Made by a program: the position numbers and the translations under genes. This document shows, one piece after another, positions 1-13,311 of a stretch of DNA of 64,000 bases; position 1 is the stretch's first letter; the number at the start of each line of letters is the position of its first letter. Location of the stretch: NCBI GenBank assembly GCA_951406725.2, contig OX597821.1, forward strand, positions 102,238,001-102,302,000. The letters run 5' to 3'. The notes below the pieces were generated by a model that was not told the DNA's origin, ran no database searches, and saw only the letters and a list, made by a program, of their open reading frames with translations. The DNA is from Octopus vulgaris (lineage: Eukaryota).

Positions 1-1289
1 GGGTTGGACGATTTTGACTGAGGGCTGGTGAACCAGATGGCTGCAATCTTGATCTGGCAGAGTTTCTACAGCTGGATGCCCTTCTTAACACCAACCACTC
101 CGAGAGTGTAGTGGGTGCTTTTTACATGCCACCGGCATGGGGGCCAGTCAGGTGGTACTGGCAATGACCTCGCTCGAATCTTTCTACACATTCCACTGGC
201 ACAGGTGCCAGTAAGGCGATGTTGGTAACGATCACGCTCGAATGGTGCCCTTTTACGTGCCACGGCACGGGGGTCAGTCAGATGGTACTGGCAATGATCT
301 CGCTCGAATCTTTTTACACATGCCACTGGCACAGGTGCCATATATGTATATGTACATATCATGTACTTCCATACAATTTCTGCCCGGGATTAAGATCAAG
401 TTCTGCTTATGATGTGCTTGTTTCCAGGCAGGGTGTTCAATTCTGCATGTTTCAGTTGCTTTACAACCATTGTGTGTGTGTGTGTGTGTGCATAGATATA
501 TGTACATTTAAACAATCAAGGAAAGGTAACTCCTGCTATAATATGTCAAAATATCATGGGAAGAGTGTGAAAAATTAATATAACCTTTTAACTTTACATA
601 CAATAGCAACATCGGTTGTTAAGCAATGTTGGAGGTACAAACACAGATATAATCACACATAAATATATATATATATGTGTGTGTGGAGGCGCAATGGCCT
701 AGTGGTTAGGGCAGCGGACTCGCGGTTTCGATTCCCAGACCGGGTGTTGTGAGTGTTTATTGAGTGAAAACACCTACAAGCTCCTAGAGGCTCCGGCAGG
801 GGGTGGTGATCCCTGCTGTACTCTTTCTTCTGTTGGCCTGCTCGCTTAGCCAGCGGGGTGGCGTCATTCAAAGGCTAAAACAATGCGAATGCATTGTGAC
901 CAGCGATGTGTAACTACATCTGATGGACTGGTCGGTCACGTCACGTGATATATATATACGACGGGTTTCTTTCAGTTTCCGTCTACCAAATCCACTCACA
1001 AGGCTTTGGTTGGGCCCGAGGTTATAGTAGAAGACACTTGGCCAAAGTGCCATGCAGTGGGATTGAACCCAGAACCACACAGCCTATACACATAGGGTCA
1101 AAAACAAGAATATGTTGAGCAAATTCCATGCCAATCACTCATGTGGCTTTTGTTTTAATTTTGTTAAGGATATCTGCCTGTGGAGTAGCAGTACTATCTC
1201 AGATGGAGGGGGGGGGTTGTTCCATTGTGAGGAACACTTGAGCTCTGTATAAGGAATGGTATTGTAAGAATTAAGTTTTACAGTCTTAC

Positions 1290-1397
1290 TTTAACGATGA
1301 CATCCATTTGTTTGGGATTTCTGAGAGCAGTGGCAACAGAGATCTTTATTATTGATTCGATATCCAACAAAGCATACTGGGAAATTTTGTAAGGAAT
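1290..1397 (-). CDS. GEMIN4: Gemin4-like exon 7 (IPYKISQYALLDIESIIKISVATALRNPKQMDVIVK); the gene continues beyond the left edge
   Basis: Acceptor tttatcctttcag|ATT, donor AAA|gtaaga, phase 0/0. Confidence 0.72.
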
Positions 1398-2628
1398 CTG
1401 AAAGGATAAACACACAAAAGAGTCAAAACAGTACCAGAGAAAAATAGTCGTCTCCTTTGTCAAAAAAAAAAGAGAAAAAATCCCCCCAAAACCTGCACAT
1501 AAAAACTGAGCACTATCCATGTTTGGGAGCCAGTCAGGTGGCACTGGCATCAGCCACAACTACAATTTCCATTTTGATTTCAATTTGATTGAGATTCTGA
1601 TTGTGATTTTTGATTTTGATTTTACTTGACTCAATAGGTCTCCTCAAGCAAGGTGTGTCACCTGACGATTCAAAGGCACTTTTTAAATGGGCTGGTTATG
1701 CAACACTGGTATAGGCTACGGCTGTGATCTCACTTTACTTGCTGGGTCTTCTCAATCACTGCATATCTCCAGATGTTATGGTCCCGTCATTGCCTCTGTG
1801 AGGCTCAACATTCCACAAATTTTTGAAGAAAGAGAATGAATAGAGACAAACAGCAACTGATGACTGTGTTTAATAATATGACTATTCCAAAATATAACAA
1901 TATGAAACCAGCAACAGTGTATTTACATTAACCCTGGAGCATTCACATTACTCTGTCAAATGTGATCTAATTTATTCACACTGTTTTGAATTGATCATGC
2001 ATTATCTCATAGCTTCAAGATTTCAATAATGTGATTTTCAGGATGATATTATAGAGTAGGTATGAGAGGCTGGATCTGACCAGTTTGAACATAAAATTGG
2101 TAGAATATTTTGGCCAGGAATGGCCAGTAAGGAATGACAAAGAGTTACTATGGGCTATCATAACAGTATGGGTTTCAATACAAATTCAGATCAAAATTCT
2201 TACAAAAAAAATTCAAAAACATAATCTCTAATATACTGAGTAAACTAGGAAGCTTCTGTGTTGTCATTCAATTTGCAAGAAATAACAGTCAAATCTTGTT
2301 CTGCTATCTTAAAGAAACTTTGCTTATGTAATTCTATCCTACTCTGGAAAGAAACAGATTGGATAGTCGCAGTTGGAATGTACTTTTGATTTGCTTCATC
2401 AAAGAGGATCAAGGGTTAATTAACAACATGAATAACAAATATGGGAACATTAGCTATCTAAGGGAAAAGTTCAAGGATTCTTACAAATATCTTTTGCTTT
2501 TAAGAATTATGCAACCAAGCCAGATTAGAAGAGGGTCAAAGTGAATGTAGAAAAATTAGATTGAATAAAAATGCCCGAAAAGAATGCAGGAAAAATGTAT
2601 CAAAATTAAGAAATATAGAAGTTGTAAC

Positions 2629-2802
2629 CTTTATGTCTCTAATTTCAGTAAGTTTATTCAATTCCATTGTGAATGGCTGCCTGAAATTAGACATTCTTCG
2701 CCACCAGGGTCTATTTTCTTCTTGATCTACGGCAAGGTAAGTCTGGCATATGATGTCATCTTGCAGAAATGATGGAAGGGATGCAAAAGCATTCAGCAAC
2801 AC
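2629..2802 (-). CDS. GEMIN4: Gemin4-like exon 6 (VLLNAFASLPSFLQDDII...FRQPFTMELNKLTEIRDIK)
   Basis: Acceptor ttcttatttcaag|GTG, donor AAG|gttaca. Resembles Gemin4 LILECYADLSL...FQEDLNTTFNQLTQ. Confidence 0.72.
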
Positions 2803-4153
2803 CTTGAAATAAGAAATGGAAAATAACAGAAATACATTGGTTGCCAACACAGAGCCACAAATTTTGAGGAGGGGGAACGATATAACTGATTGTATTGACA
2901 TCGGTACTTGACTGTTACTTTAGTTGATTGACTGCCATCTCAAGGATAACATGAAATATTACAATCATCATTTAATGTCCATTTTCTTATTTCTTTATTG
3001 CCCACAAGGGGCTAAACATAGAGGGGACAAACAAGGACAGACAAAGGGGTTAAGTCGATTAGATCGACCCCGGTGCGTAACTGGTACTTAATTTATCGAC
3101 CTCGAAAGGATGAAAGGCAAAGTTGACCTCGGAGGAATTTGAACTCAGAACATAAAGATGGATGAGATAACGCTAAGCATTTTGCCTGGTGTGCTAACAA
3201 TTCTGACAGCTTGCTGCCTTAATAATAATAATAAATGCCCTGATGCAGTACCAGACAGTAGTTCCCATGGCTTCTGATCTTAACTGATTGGAAGTGATAT
3301 CATGTACATAATTTTATCTTGATACAAACGATGGGCCACAGCAAATATTCTGCTCAATACCACAGATTTGCTAGTCAGTTGTTTGACCGTAACTAGTTGA
3401 GCATGTCCCTTATTGGCTGACAATGTGTACATCTCTGATCATGAGCAGAAGTAGTGGGGGAGCATCATAGCCATGTGTTAAAAAGAATTTTTTGGGGCTT
3501 GAATAATTCACCTCTGGAAACATGGGTGTTTTGTTCATCATCCTTAAAACAAACCTTATTCAAGGACCTTTTGAGCAGGATGCGCTACTCTCATCATCAT
3601 CATCATCCGCTTTCCATGCTGGCATGAGTTGGACGGTGCAACTGGGGTCTGGGAAGCCAGAAGGCTGCACCAGGCCCAGTCTGACCTGGCAATGTTTCTA
3701 CGGCTGGATGCCCTTCCTAACATCAACCACTCTGTGAGTGTAGTGGGTGCCTTTTGCCACCGGCACGTGCCAGACGAGGTGAAGAAAATTCTAACTGGGC
3801 CCCAACTGCAAGGTCATGCGCTGTTTAATCTGATATGAGATCACCATGTTACGCACATATGGTTGTGATGCATGTGCCTGGCATACCCTTATCAGACGGG
3901 TAGTCATGATGGGTATATTGGGCTTTGTATATTTGTACCCCTTGATGGCATGCACTGCTCTCTCACTCAATAATAAATCTCGATTTTAGCACAAGGTCAA
4001 CAATTTTAAGGGGAGGGGATTAGTTGATATCCTTGACCCCAGGAGGTTAAAAGGCTAAGCTGACCTTGGTAGGATCTGAACTCAGAATATAAAGAGCTGG
4101 AACAAAGCATTTCGCCTAACACTCTAATGATTCCATCAAGTAATAATACATAC

Positions 4154-4283
4154 CTGCAGATACTTCTCTGTGACTGTTCTTTCTTCATTTAGGGAAGCCA
4201 ACCAACATATGCCTTCCCATAAGGACAACAGTTGCTTCTTCTGAGACAGTAAATTTTTGTGTGTATTTATATATTCAAAAAAT
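4154..4283 (-). CDS. GEMIN4: Gemin4-like exon 5 (RFFEYINTHKNLLSQKKQLLSLWEGICWLASLNEERTVTEKYLQ)
   Basis: Acceptor atatttcctag|A, donor CAG|gtatgt. Phase 2 in, phase 0 out, open frame. Confidence 0.75.
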
Positions 4284-4697
4284 CTAGGAAATATAAATAT
4301 TAAACAATACAATACTTAGATATTAGGGGTGCCAAAAAGTCATGTCGTATTTTCAAGCAACAATTGAAGAGGGTCTGCATCAAATTATCAGAACTTACCC
4401 TGGGGGCTTAATAAACCTTAATCATCTCAAGCAGATTGAAGAAATGAATAGAGAAAGGAAGTGGGTTGTTCACAAAAATAAAACAGTGCATTCAACAATT
4501 TGCTAATTAGGAATGAATAAACATCTTTTCTTAATCAAATTGTAATAGGTGATGAACACTTCATTTCGTGTTGCCTTAGTGCTACATGGGGACTGGCAGG
4601 TCAAAGAATAGACCCAACGTTTCCATTGCATGCCGTAAAAGGTGACTTAAAGAGGTTGAGATAGGATTTGCACTCAAACCTCGTAAAATCTTCAATA

Positions 4698-4882
4698 GGC
4701 GCAGGAGTGGCTGTGTGGTAAGTAGCTTGCTTACCAACCACATGGTTCCGGGTTCAGTCCCACTGCATGGCTCCTTGGGCAAGTGTCTTCTACTATAGCT
4801 TCAGGCTGACCAAAGCCTTGTGAATGGATTTGGTAGACAGAAACTGAAAGAAGCCCGTTGTATATATGTATATATGTATGTA

Positions 4883-4971
<89 letters not shown>

Positions 4972-5175
4972 TTGTGTGTCTGTGTTTGTCCCCCACCCAA
5001 CATCGCTTGACAACCGATGCTGGTGTGTTTACATCCCCGTAACTTAGTGGTTCGGCAAAAGAGACCAATAGAATAAGTACTAGGCTTACAAAGTATAAGT
5101 CCTGGGGTTGATTTGCTCGACTAAAGGCGGTGCTCCAGCATGGCTACAGTCAAATGACTGAAACAAGTAAAAGAG
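4698..5175 (+). mobile_element. tRNA-headed CORE-like SINE with internal (TA)n(TG)n; representative of many copies (e.g. 26935-27335 -, 37805-38200 -, 43579-43940 +, 57415-57940 -)
   Basis: A/B-box head tggctgtgtggt..ggttcagtccc, ccttgggcaagt core and a shared tail; repeated throughout the window. Confidence 0.85.
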
Positions 5176-6109
5176 CAACTACAACCCAAACAAACTAAAT
5201 TAATTAAAGGGTTGCTGCCTATGAGGTGCAAAGTTATTCTCTGCCAGTAGTAGTAGGGAATCACCAACAAATGGTGGATGCAATGACATGCTGTTCTGGG
5301 CTGGTATCAAAATGGTTAAGTGTTTTTTTCTGTCCTGCTATAGAGTTTTAGCTTCAGCTACACAGAATTAGTAAGAGACACTAATCTACAAATCAATTCT
5401 GAATATAACAAGATGTTACAGTCTGGTCCAATGTTTGAGAAATAATTATGAATTAACAGTGAAGATTTTTAAATGTAGATGTAGTTTAACTGTTCTACTT
5501 TATCTCCGTAAGATAATTCATCATTCAGTTGAGTGCTAGTAGGATAGACTACTATATTTTCCTGCATACAAGTTGAATTTTTCAGGCCAAAATTTACAGC
5601 CACAAAAACTTCAACTTCTAAAATTCCATGTGAAATGCAGCAGGATTTGGATGATGTTTGAATGTTTACAGTACATGCTATGTCAAAAATAAGGTATTCA
5701 TCAACGTCCAACCTAATGAGCTATCCCAATTAAGCCTTCCACTACCATATTACTGATGAATTCCACTGTCTCCATTTCAATAACTTTTAAAAATAATGAA
5801 CAATTTGTTAAAATAACTTTGTCCTTATTAAGTTGGTGTTTGGATCATAATATGAAATTTTGATGGAAGATTTTAGAACTTTAAAACAGGCAGTTTGTAT
5901 CATAAAACCAAGGATGGTCTTTGGTAAATTGCTATGAAAATGGCTAAGTCATAAGATAAACAGATGTTTCATTTTCTAAGATAAACACTAGTCAAATATA
6001 CATCAGATGTTCCATTGCTGAACTATTTGAACTGTGATAGACCCCTCAGTTATTTAATTACAATTCCTTAATTTTTATTTTAAAAAATATTAAAACATAA
6101 ATAATTTAC

Positions 6110-6164
6110 CTCTTGTCTTTCCAATCGTCAATTTTTCTGTTTGCAAACATCTCCAGAAAAACAT
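6110..6164 (-). CDS. GEMIN4: Gemin4-like exon 4 (DVFLEMFANRKIDDWKDKR)
   Basis: Acceptor catttttatag|AT, donor AG|gtaaat. Phases 1 and 2 match both neighbouring exons. Confidence 0.7.
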
Positions 6165-6285
6165 CTATAAAAATGTTAGGAAGAGATGGAAAAAAAATTA
6201 ATTATTGATCTTATTCAGCTTATTTAAGAATAAGGAGCATTTCTAGAGCAAAAAAAGGAAATTTTTCTAGACATACAAATATGCC

Positions 6286-6327
<42 letters not shown>

Positions 6328-6525
6328 TATAAATATAAAACTGTCCAACCCATGCCAGCATGGAAAGCAGATGTTAAACAATGACGATGATGATATATAT
6401 ATATAAATCCATCCATCCATATGTACATATATATCATTCACATTTACAGAAAACAAAAGACGAAGACAGGTGAAGGAATAACAAGCAGGTGTGTTAGTTC
6501 AATGCTTGGGATGAATGGGAAAAGT

Positions 6526-6561
6526 CTTTGACATTTCAAGTCTACACTCTTCGACAGAAAG
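6526..6561 (-). ncRNA. Atypical minimal hammerhead-like motif (core CUGUCGA plus an extra A)
   Basis: Minus strand CTTT-CTGTCGAA-GAGT-GTAG-ACTT-GAAA-TG-TC-AAAG. Confidence 0.45.
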
Positions 6562-6709
6562 GATTGAGAGGAAAAAAAAAGAGAGAGAATGTAAAAAAAT
6601 GGAGAGAGGAAAAAAATGTGTAGGGGATTAATGGTTCAATATGATGAAATGGCCAGAAGAAAGAGGTTGACTATATATATATATATATATTATTCTGCAT
6701 TTCCCTATC

Positions 6710-6750
<41 letters not shown>

Positions 6751-7343
6751 GTATATATATATATATATACACACACACGTGTATAATGATTGATGATGAT
6801 GACTTCAATTGTGGATTCACAGTGCTACAATAGTTTCATGTAAAAAGAACTTCCTTTTTTCAAGGGATTCTCTTTAAAATGTTTGTAATAACTTTGGTCT
6901 TTATTTGGAACACAACATTACTTTCTTTTACGGAAATTTTCAATTTAGATTTCTTTACAACAGGAACTGTGTGTCACAGAACCCGAGGTGGTCGTCAGCA
7001 AGTCGGTATCTAACCCTAACCCTCACTGCTGTTGGTACCATATGAAAAGCACCCAGCACACTCTGTAGAGTGGTTGGCATAAAGAAAGGCATCTAGCCAT
7101 AGAAACCATGCCACAACAGACAAATGGAGCCTGGAACAGTTCTCCAGCCTTGCCAGCTCCTGTCAAACCGTCCAACCCATGCCAGCATGGAAAACAGACA
7201 TCAAATGATGATGATGATGAAATAAAATGTGTTAATGACTCTACTAGGATTTGAACCCATTTGCCATAGACTAGAGGTCCATCAACTCCACTATTTTATT
7301 TTGAGAGGTTAAATATAAGAAATTAAACATAAAGGTGCCTTAC

Positions 7344-8271
7344 CTGAAGGGTTTCTCTCAACAGACGGGGGATCTAAGTTTAGAAATTGCTTGTTATCAG
7401 AGGATGACAATGAGTGCTTGTTCTGGCCAAAATACTGAGAAATAAACTCAACATGTCTCAAAAGTTCTGGAGATTCTTCCTCCAAAGTGTTTGTACAAAT
7501 AAGTTTTGGAAGAAGAGAATGGAAAACGTCACTACATTTATCAACAGAAAATATGTCAAAATCTTGTAAGGGTTTTGGATTTTCAAGGTCTGCTCTCCAT
7601 TTTAAATACAAATAAATGTTTTCTATGAGCAGTCTGGGATCTGGAGCTGTAGAAATGCAGCTATTAAATTCAAAAAGAGATGGGATTTTCTGAAAGAACT
7701 CATTTACAGAGCTATCCATTTCCATAAGTGATTCTAAATCATTTTCCTTTTGTAAATACTGGGATACATTTTGCGCAACATCAGGATATGCCATCTCTCT
7801 CACTTCTTGTACAGCCATGTCATTCATAAGATCAATAAGCTTGATGTGAATATCATAGTGTGTGCTGCAGAAGGCCACCCAGAGACATGTGAGATGAAAG
7901 AAAAGACCATCAGTCTGAGAAGCATCAGCAATGCCAGGATTTGGTTTAGATTCTGTAGAATGACAAGTGGATAATAACAGTAACTCTTTGAGGCATTGAA
8001 GAATTTCATTTAATAAGTTGGGATTGGCATTCATCACATCGATAAAAGACTTCAGCTTGAGGCTTTGCAGAAAACATGATGTAGCAAACTTTCTTTTGAT
8101 TAAGGGTTGTGAAACATCAAGGATAACTTCTGGGAGACATGTCCTGACAACCATCATTGTAACAGAGGAAAGCAAAGGGATGTCTTTTAATGATTGAGGC
8201 TCCTCCAGACAATACTGTAACATTTTTCTAATAAGACTGTGAACATCAGCTTCATCCAGCAGAATAAGGTT
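7344..8271 (-). CDS. GEMIN4: Gemin4-like exon 3 (NLILLDEADVHSLIRKMLQYC...ERNPS)
   Basis: Acceptor tgatttcag|AAC, donor TCAG|gtaagg. Its 928 nt cover most of the 304-aa ORF 7309..8223. Phase 0 in, phase 1 out. Confidence 0.8.
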
Positions 8272-9475
8272 CTGAAATCAGAATATTAATAAATTATTAC
8301 TATTATTGTGAGTGCTACGCTGCTGCCGCCATTGTCATCATCTTCAACTTTGAGATGGCTTCAATGGCTGAATACCCTACCTAATACCAACCACTTTCCA
8401 TTGAGTATTCAATGCTTTTGTTTTCATGCAGCTAGTATTAGCCAGGCCAACAAATAACTTGCAACAGAAGTTGGGCCTTCGTAAGTGTCAACTAAGGAGT
8501 GGGGAAGTGTTTAAGAGGAAGAGGTGGTTTTATACCAGGTGTTGAAAAGTTTAAGTATGATAGAGGGACAAACACAGGTGCCTAGCTATAGAGGAGATAC
8601 ATAGCTACCCAACATTATATAAGGGTGGATGGGAGTAGCTGGAAAGAAAATGGAGATGATGGTGACAAGATGCCAGAGCTTTTTAAGATAAAAATATATG
8701 TGTCTAAGAGACAAGCCCTTTGGCGATATGCTGTGCTTGAGAAGACTCATCAAGCCAAGTGAAATCTTAGTTGTGACCAATGGCAGTGTCATGTAACTGG
8801 CACCCATCACCATCATCATCATCATCGTCATTAAGGCAGTGTGCTGGCAGAATCCTTAGTGCACTGGACAAAATGCTTAGCAGCATTTCTTCCAGTTTTA
8901 CATTCTGACTTCAAATGCTGCCAAGGTTTGCCTTTCATCATTTGGGGGTGGGTGGGTTGGGGGCGGGGGTCAATAAAATAAGTAGCAGTTGCACACTGAG
9001 GTCAATGTAATCAACTAGCTCCCACCCTCCCCAAAATTTCAGGCATTGTGCCAAAATTAGAAAGCATTATTATTATTATCCTTTCCTTTTAATTTTGTTT
9101 CCATTTCTTGCTGAGTGTCTTCCTGACATCTAGGGCAAAGAAACTCATTGTATACATTGATAGGCCATTATAATAAACACAACAGATTGTTCATTTACAA
9201 AATCAGGTGATAGGAAAAAGGGGGAAGAAAGACATAATTATTATCATTGTTATTATTAAGAAAATGGCAAACTAGCAGAATCATCTGTGCACTCGACGAA
9301 ACGCTTAGCAGCATTTCTTCTGGTTTTACATTCTGCTACGGTCGATTTTACCTTTCATCCTTTCAAGGTCAACAAAATAAGTACCAGTTTCACACTGGGG
9401 TTGATGTAATTGACTAGCTCCCTCCCGCCAAATTTCAGGCTTTGTGCTAAAATTAGAAAGCATTATTATCCTTAC

Positions 9476-9823
9476 CCTCATATAATATCCTTCCCAGTTG
9501 CAGCTTGTCACTAATTCAAAGTACACAACAGGAGAAATGTGTGGCAATACTGTCTGAGCAATGGCCAGCAAATCTGTGTCCTTACAGACATTCTCCTCCC
9601 GTAACTGATTCCATAGAGACTCTTCTTCCAGTTGTTTGTGAGCAATTAGTTTCAGGAAGATAACTAAATGTAAAGTGAATCGCCAGTGTTCTTTTGTAAA
9701 ACCGGAATCGTTGTCTGCCATCAAACCATTGCATACTTCATTGATTGTGTCAACAAGTACAGGACTGAACTGTTGACAGCATTTCTTGGAAAGTGAAGAA
9801 AGATCTTTATTTGATTCTTTAAT
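9476..9823 (-). CDS. GEMIN4: Gemin4-like exon 2 (IKESNKDLSSLSKK...HWRFTLHLVIFLKL...LPHISPVVYFELVTSCNWEGYYMR)
   Basis: Acceptor ttttttctctgttctag|ATT, donor AGG|gtaagg, 116 open codons. Manual match to Gemin4 KALAELTK..PIVEALREI / WKKKALIIIWAKV / IPTINHTILFELLKS. Confidence 0.75.
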
Positions 9824-11094
9824 CTAGAACAGAGAAAAAAATAAGAAAAAATTAGCAACACTTGAAAGTAATTCAGAAATTTTTTACTGCAGAAAATTAT
9901 TTTTATTATTTTAAAAGTGAGAGCTAGCATATTACTCTTATTAATATTATTATTACGCTCCGAGTTCAAATTCCACTGAGGTTGACTTTGCTTTTCATCC
10001 TTTAGAGATCGATAAATTAAGTACCAGTGAAACACTGGGGTCGATGTAATCGTCTAGTCTCCTCCCAGAAAATTTCAGGCCTTGTACTTTTAGTAGAAAG
10101 GATTATTATTTCATTTAAAACCAAATGCCTTGGATGAAAATTCATATAATTCATGTTACAGGTACATTGGCTTTAATGGTCATAGGGAATAGATAAATAG
10201 TACAAGACAGCTGTCTAGTCGTGTTCGTTATCATAACATTTCTGATGAAGAGATTTAACATTTTATTACAGTGACTCAGTTTTCAAGCTAATGTGTATTT
10301 TTTGCGTATATATGTTGGCCAGAGGTATAACTCTCCTTTCATGTACCATGGTGATTATGGACCTCTATGCTCTCCTGTCCCAATCACAACTTAGCAAGTC
10401 TTAGGCCAGTCCTGATGAAAATGTATTTATTTAAAAAAAGAAAAACAGTATAACAAATAACAATAATTGTGTCAGGATTTAAGCAAAATTTTAAGAGGAA
10501 GAGGCTAGTTGATATCATGGACTGAAGTACTTCACTGGTATTTTATTCCATCGACAATGAAAGAATGACAGGCAAAGTTGATCTAGGTGGGATTTGAACT
10601 CAGAACGAAATGAGCCGGAACATATACCACCAAAACATTTCTTCTGACGCTCTACCGATCCAGTCAGTTCCTCATAAGACATTCGTTTTTTTTTTTTTTG
10701 TTTTTTTGTAAAATAAGAATACTGAAAATTATTTTAAAACTAAGTTGTACTTTTGCCGTTTCTATTTCGCATAAACTTAAATCGGGCAAAATTTTGTAAA
10801 CAATTCACACGTGTTGTTCGAGCGGTTAATTTTGTGTAAATAAAGTAATTGTTTGTTTTGTAGACAGATTTATTTAAACTTTAGAAACAAATTCTCCATC
10901 TTCTTCAATATCATATTTCTTTAATCAAATTATATGCTTTTCAACTTTTGATAAAAAATTTTAAAAGTAGTCAAATCTTATGTAAAAACTATGAAGACAA
11001 CCAAAGAGGATAAACGATAACAGCAAGGCAGAAGAAGAAGAGCAAATAACATCAAAATAATGATTTGGGAGAATAAACAAAATCTATACTCAAC

Positions 11095-11154
11095 AAATTT
11101 CTCAAACAATTTAAAAGTGCTTTGCAAAACAGCAAATTCTGGCGAATATTTCAT
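11095..11154 (-). CDS. GEMIN4: Gemin4-like protein, coding exon 1 (MKYSPEFAVLQSTFKLFEKF)
   Basis: ATG at 11154. A phase-0 donor TTT|GTTGAGT joins exon 2 in frame. The peptide resembles the vertebrate Gemin4 N-terminus (EMTILHGGFLLAEQL, recalled). The donor is weak. Confidence 0.6.
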
Positions 11155-11346
11155 ATTTAACTTCGCACAGGAATGAAAATTCTTATCAGAACATTTTTAA
11201 GAGAAGATATTTTAAGGTGACACCGATAAGGGAGACAACTGTGTTACGACTATTTGTCATTCTGGTGATGCGGTTTCGATACTCAGTGGAAATTGCTTTA
11301 CTTTTGCTATCTATACAATGAATGTCACAACTATTCATTAGCCTTT

Positions 11347-11738
11347 AATATTGGGTACACCCTATTCAAGTGTGCCCCTTCCGACTCCATTTCCTCATAA
11401 CTTTCAGAATAATGGTTATTTAATGAAATTTTCTACAAATACTTTTCAGATGGTGTAGATAACGTTTATATCGGAATTTAATGTGGGGGAAAAAAAGAGT
11501 CTGCGCGCACACAAACATACTGACACACAATCACAATTTTTTCAAAATTTATAGTTTGTATGTGTGCACGCCCGCCTTGCTTTTTCTTTTTTCGCGTTAA
11601 ATTGCGATATGATCGTAATCCACACCATCTGAAAGATATTTGTAGAAAATTTCATTAAAGAACTAATTTTTCTGAAAGTTATGAGGAAATAAAGTTTGTG
11701 GTGAGGAAGTGCACACTTATGTAGGTATGTCTAATATT
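11347..11738. mobile_element. MITE with ~160-bp imperfect terminal inverted repeats, upstream of the Gemin4-like ATG
   Basis: atttcctcataactttcaga...aatgaaattttctacaaata is mirrored by tatttgtagaaaatttcatt...tctgaaagttatgaggaaat. Confidence 0.8.
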
Positions 11739-12889
11739 GATCTAAAATTATAAAAACAAAAGCTAGTAACCATACCTACAGGGGTAGCATGAACGGCAAT
11801 ACGTTTTTGTAGAAATAGTGGAACATCGAGAGGGTAACTTTATGGCGTTTGATTCTGTATATGTTCAGAGTTCAAGCTTTACAAAGGGTGACATTTTTTT
11901 CAACCTCTTATTCTTCCTGGGACAATTACTACTACTAATAATAATAAAGCTAAAGTGAAGATCAAATAAATAGTGCGTGTGTTTAATTGGCTAAAGATGA
12001 CCGTCCCCAAGCATAACAAAATGAGTACTATTCACGTATTAATCACCTCACTTCTTCGCTACGAATATTTAGTATTGTTTTAATGTAAACAATTTTCATT
12101 TGAATGGAAATTTTGTTTTCATAATAAAACACATTGTTAGGTTTGTACCACCCCCTTGAGACCCAACTACATTCTACCTAAAAAAAAAAATATAGGTAAT
12201 ATAAATGTCCTAAATTCAGTGGCGGCGTTAATGAAAATGTTACGCTTTAATTTAATGTCTTAAACTTATCTTTATTAATTTGTCTCGAATTATACATAGA
12301 TATATATAACATTTACACAGATATAAGAGTTAGAACTTGTGATCCGCCCGCGGACCTTTTTCTTTGGAAATCTTTGCCCGCCGCACTGAAAGGTTTCCCC
12401 ACCCCTGCTGTAGAACATTGTCATTTTATAAGGTTTTACTGGCAAATTCTTAAATTGACATAAGCATTCATTTACATGAAAGAAAATTATCGGAGAACTT
12501 TCATCTAATTCTTCCAAATCTTTCTGTCAAAACTGTATTAAAACCATTCGTTGGGAATCTTTTTATCACACACCACAAGGTTTAACGGAACCTACTGAAG
12601 CAAGCCAGCACGCTCGCAGCATTACCACGGGCGATGGCGAGGCTAAGGCGTTTAGAAAGCCAAGTGACCTCGTGGGAATCACCTGACGCATCGGTTGGGC
12701 GAGCTGCCAACGTTGATAATAACTTTGCGATTAGTGGCCCTGTCCCTCCGCCACAGGTTGGAAACCAAATGACCAAATGCGCTCGCAGTTTTTCCACAAT
12801 AAATTGCTAGGAACACAAGGCAGGGCACACAAACAGATGACCTGTACAATGAAAGACTGTTAGGACAGATGAGAGACAATTTGTTGCTG

Positions 12890-13311
12890 CAACTGGAAGC
12901 ACTCCGTCGGTTACGACGAGGGTTCCGGTTGATCCGATCAACGATCAACGACGACGAGGGTTCCAGTTGATCCGATCAACGGAACAGCCTGCTCGTGAAA
13001 TTAACGTGTAAGTGGCTGAGCACTCCACATACACGTGTACCCTTAACGTAGTTCTCGGGGATATTCAGCGTGACAAAGAGAGTGACAAGGCCGGCCCTTT
13101 GAAATACAGGTACAACAGAAACAGGAAGTAAGAGTGAGAGAAAGTTGTGGTGAAAGAGTACAGCAGGGATCACCACCATCCCCTGCCGGAGCCTCGTGGA
13201 GCTTTAGGTGTTTTCGCTCAATAAACACTTACAACGCCTGGTCTGGGAATCGAAACCGCGATCCTACGACCGCGAGTCCGCTGCCCTAACCACTGGGCCA
13301 TTGCGCCTCCA
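12890..13311 (-). mobile_element. tRNA-derived SINE (head GGAGGCGCAATGGCCCAGTGGTTAGGGCAGCGGACTCGCGG); a related copy with a different tail lies at 685-950 (+)
   Basis: tRNA-like head with A box and GGTTTCGATTCCC B box. Confidence 0.8.

Noticed and set aside
5469-5712. 80-aa minus-strand ORF with an in-phase AG inside the Gemin4-like gene
   Set aside because: Poor pyrimidine tract, no convincing donor and no similarity. Exons 4 and 5 already join in frame without it.
7235-7295. tRNA-like sequence with a B box on the minus strand (also SINE heads at 685, 13311, 27660 and 58905)
   Set aside because: No complete cloverleaf; these are SINE heads or decayed copies, not tRNA genes.
10235-10305. 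CTGATGA hammerhead-like start (also CTGATGA at about 1857 and 21080)
   Set aside because: No correctly placed GAAA with a closing helix II; at best an unrecognisably decayed relic.
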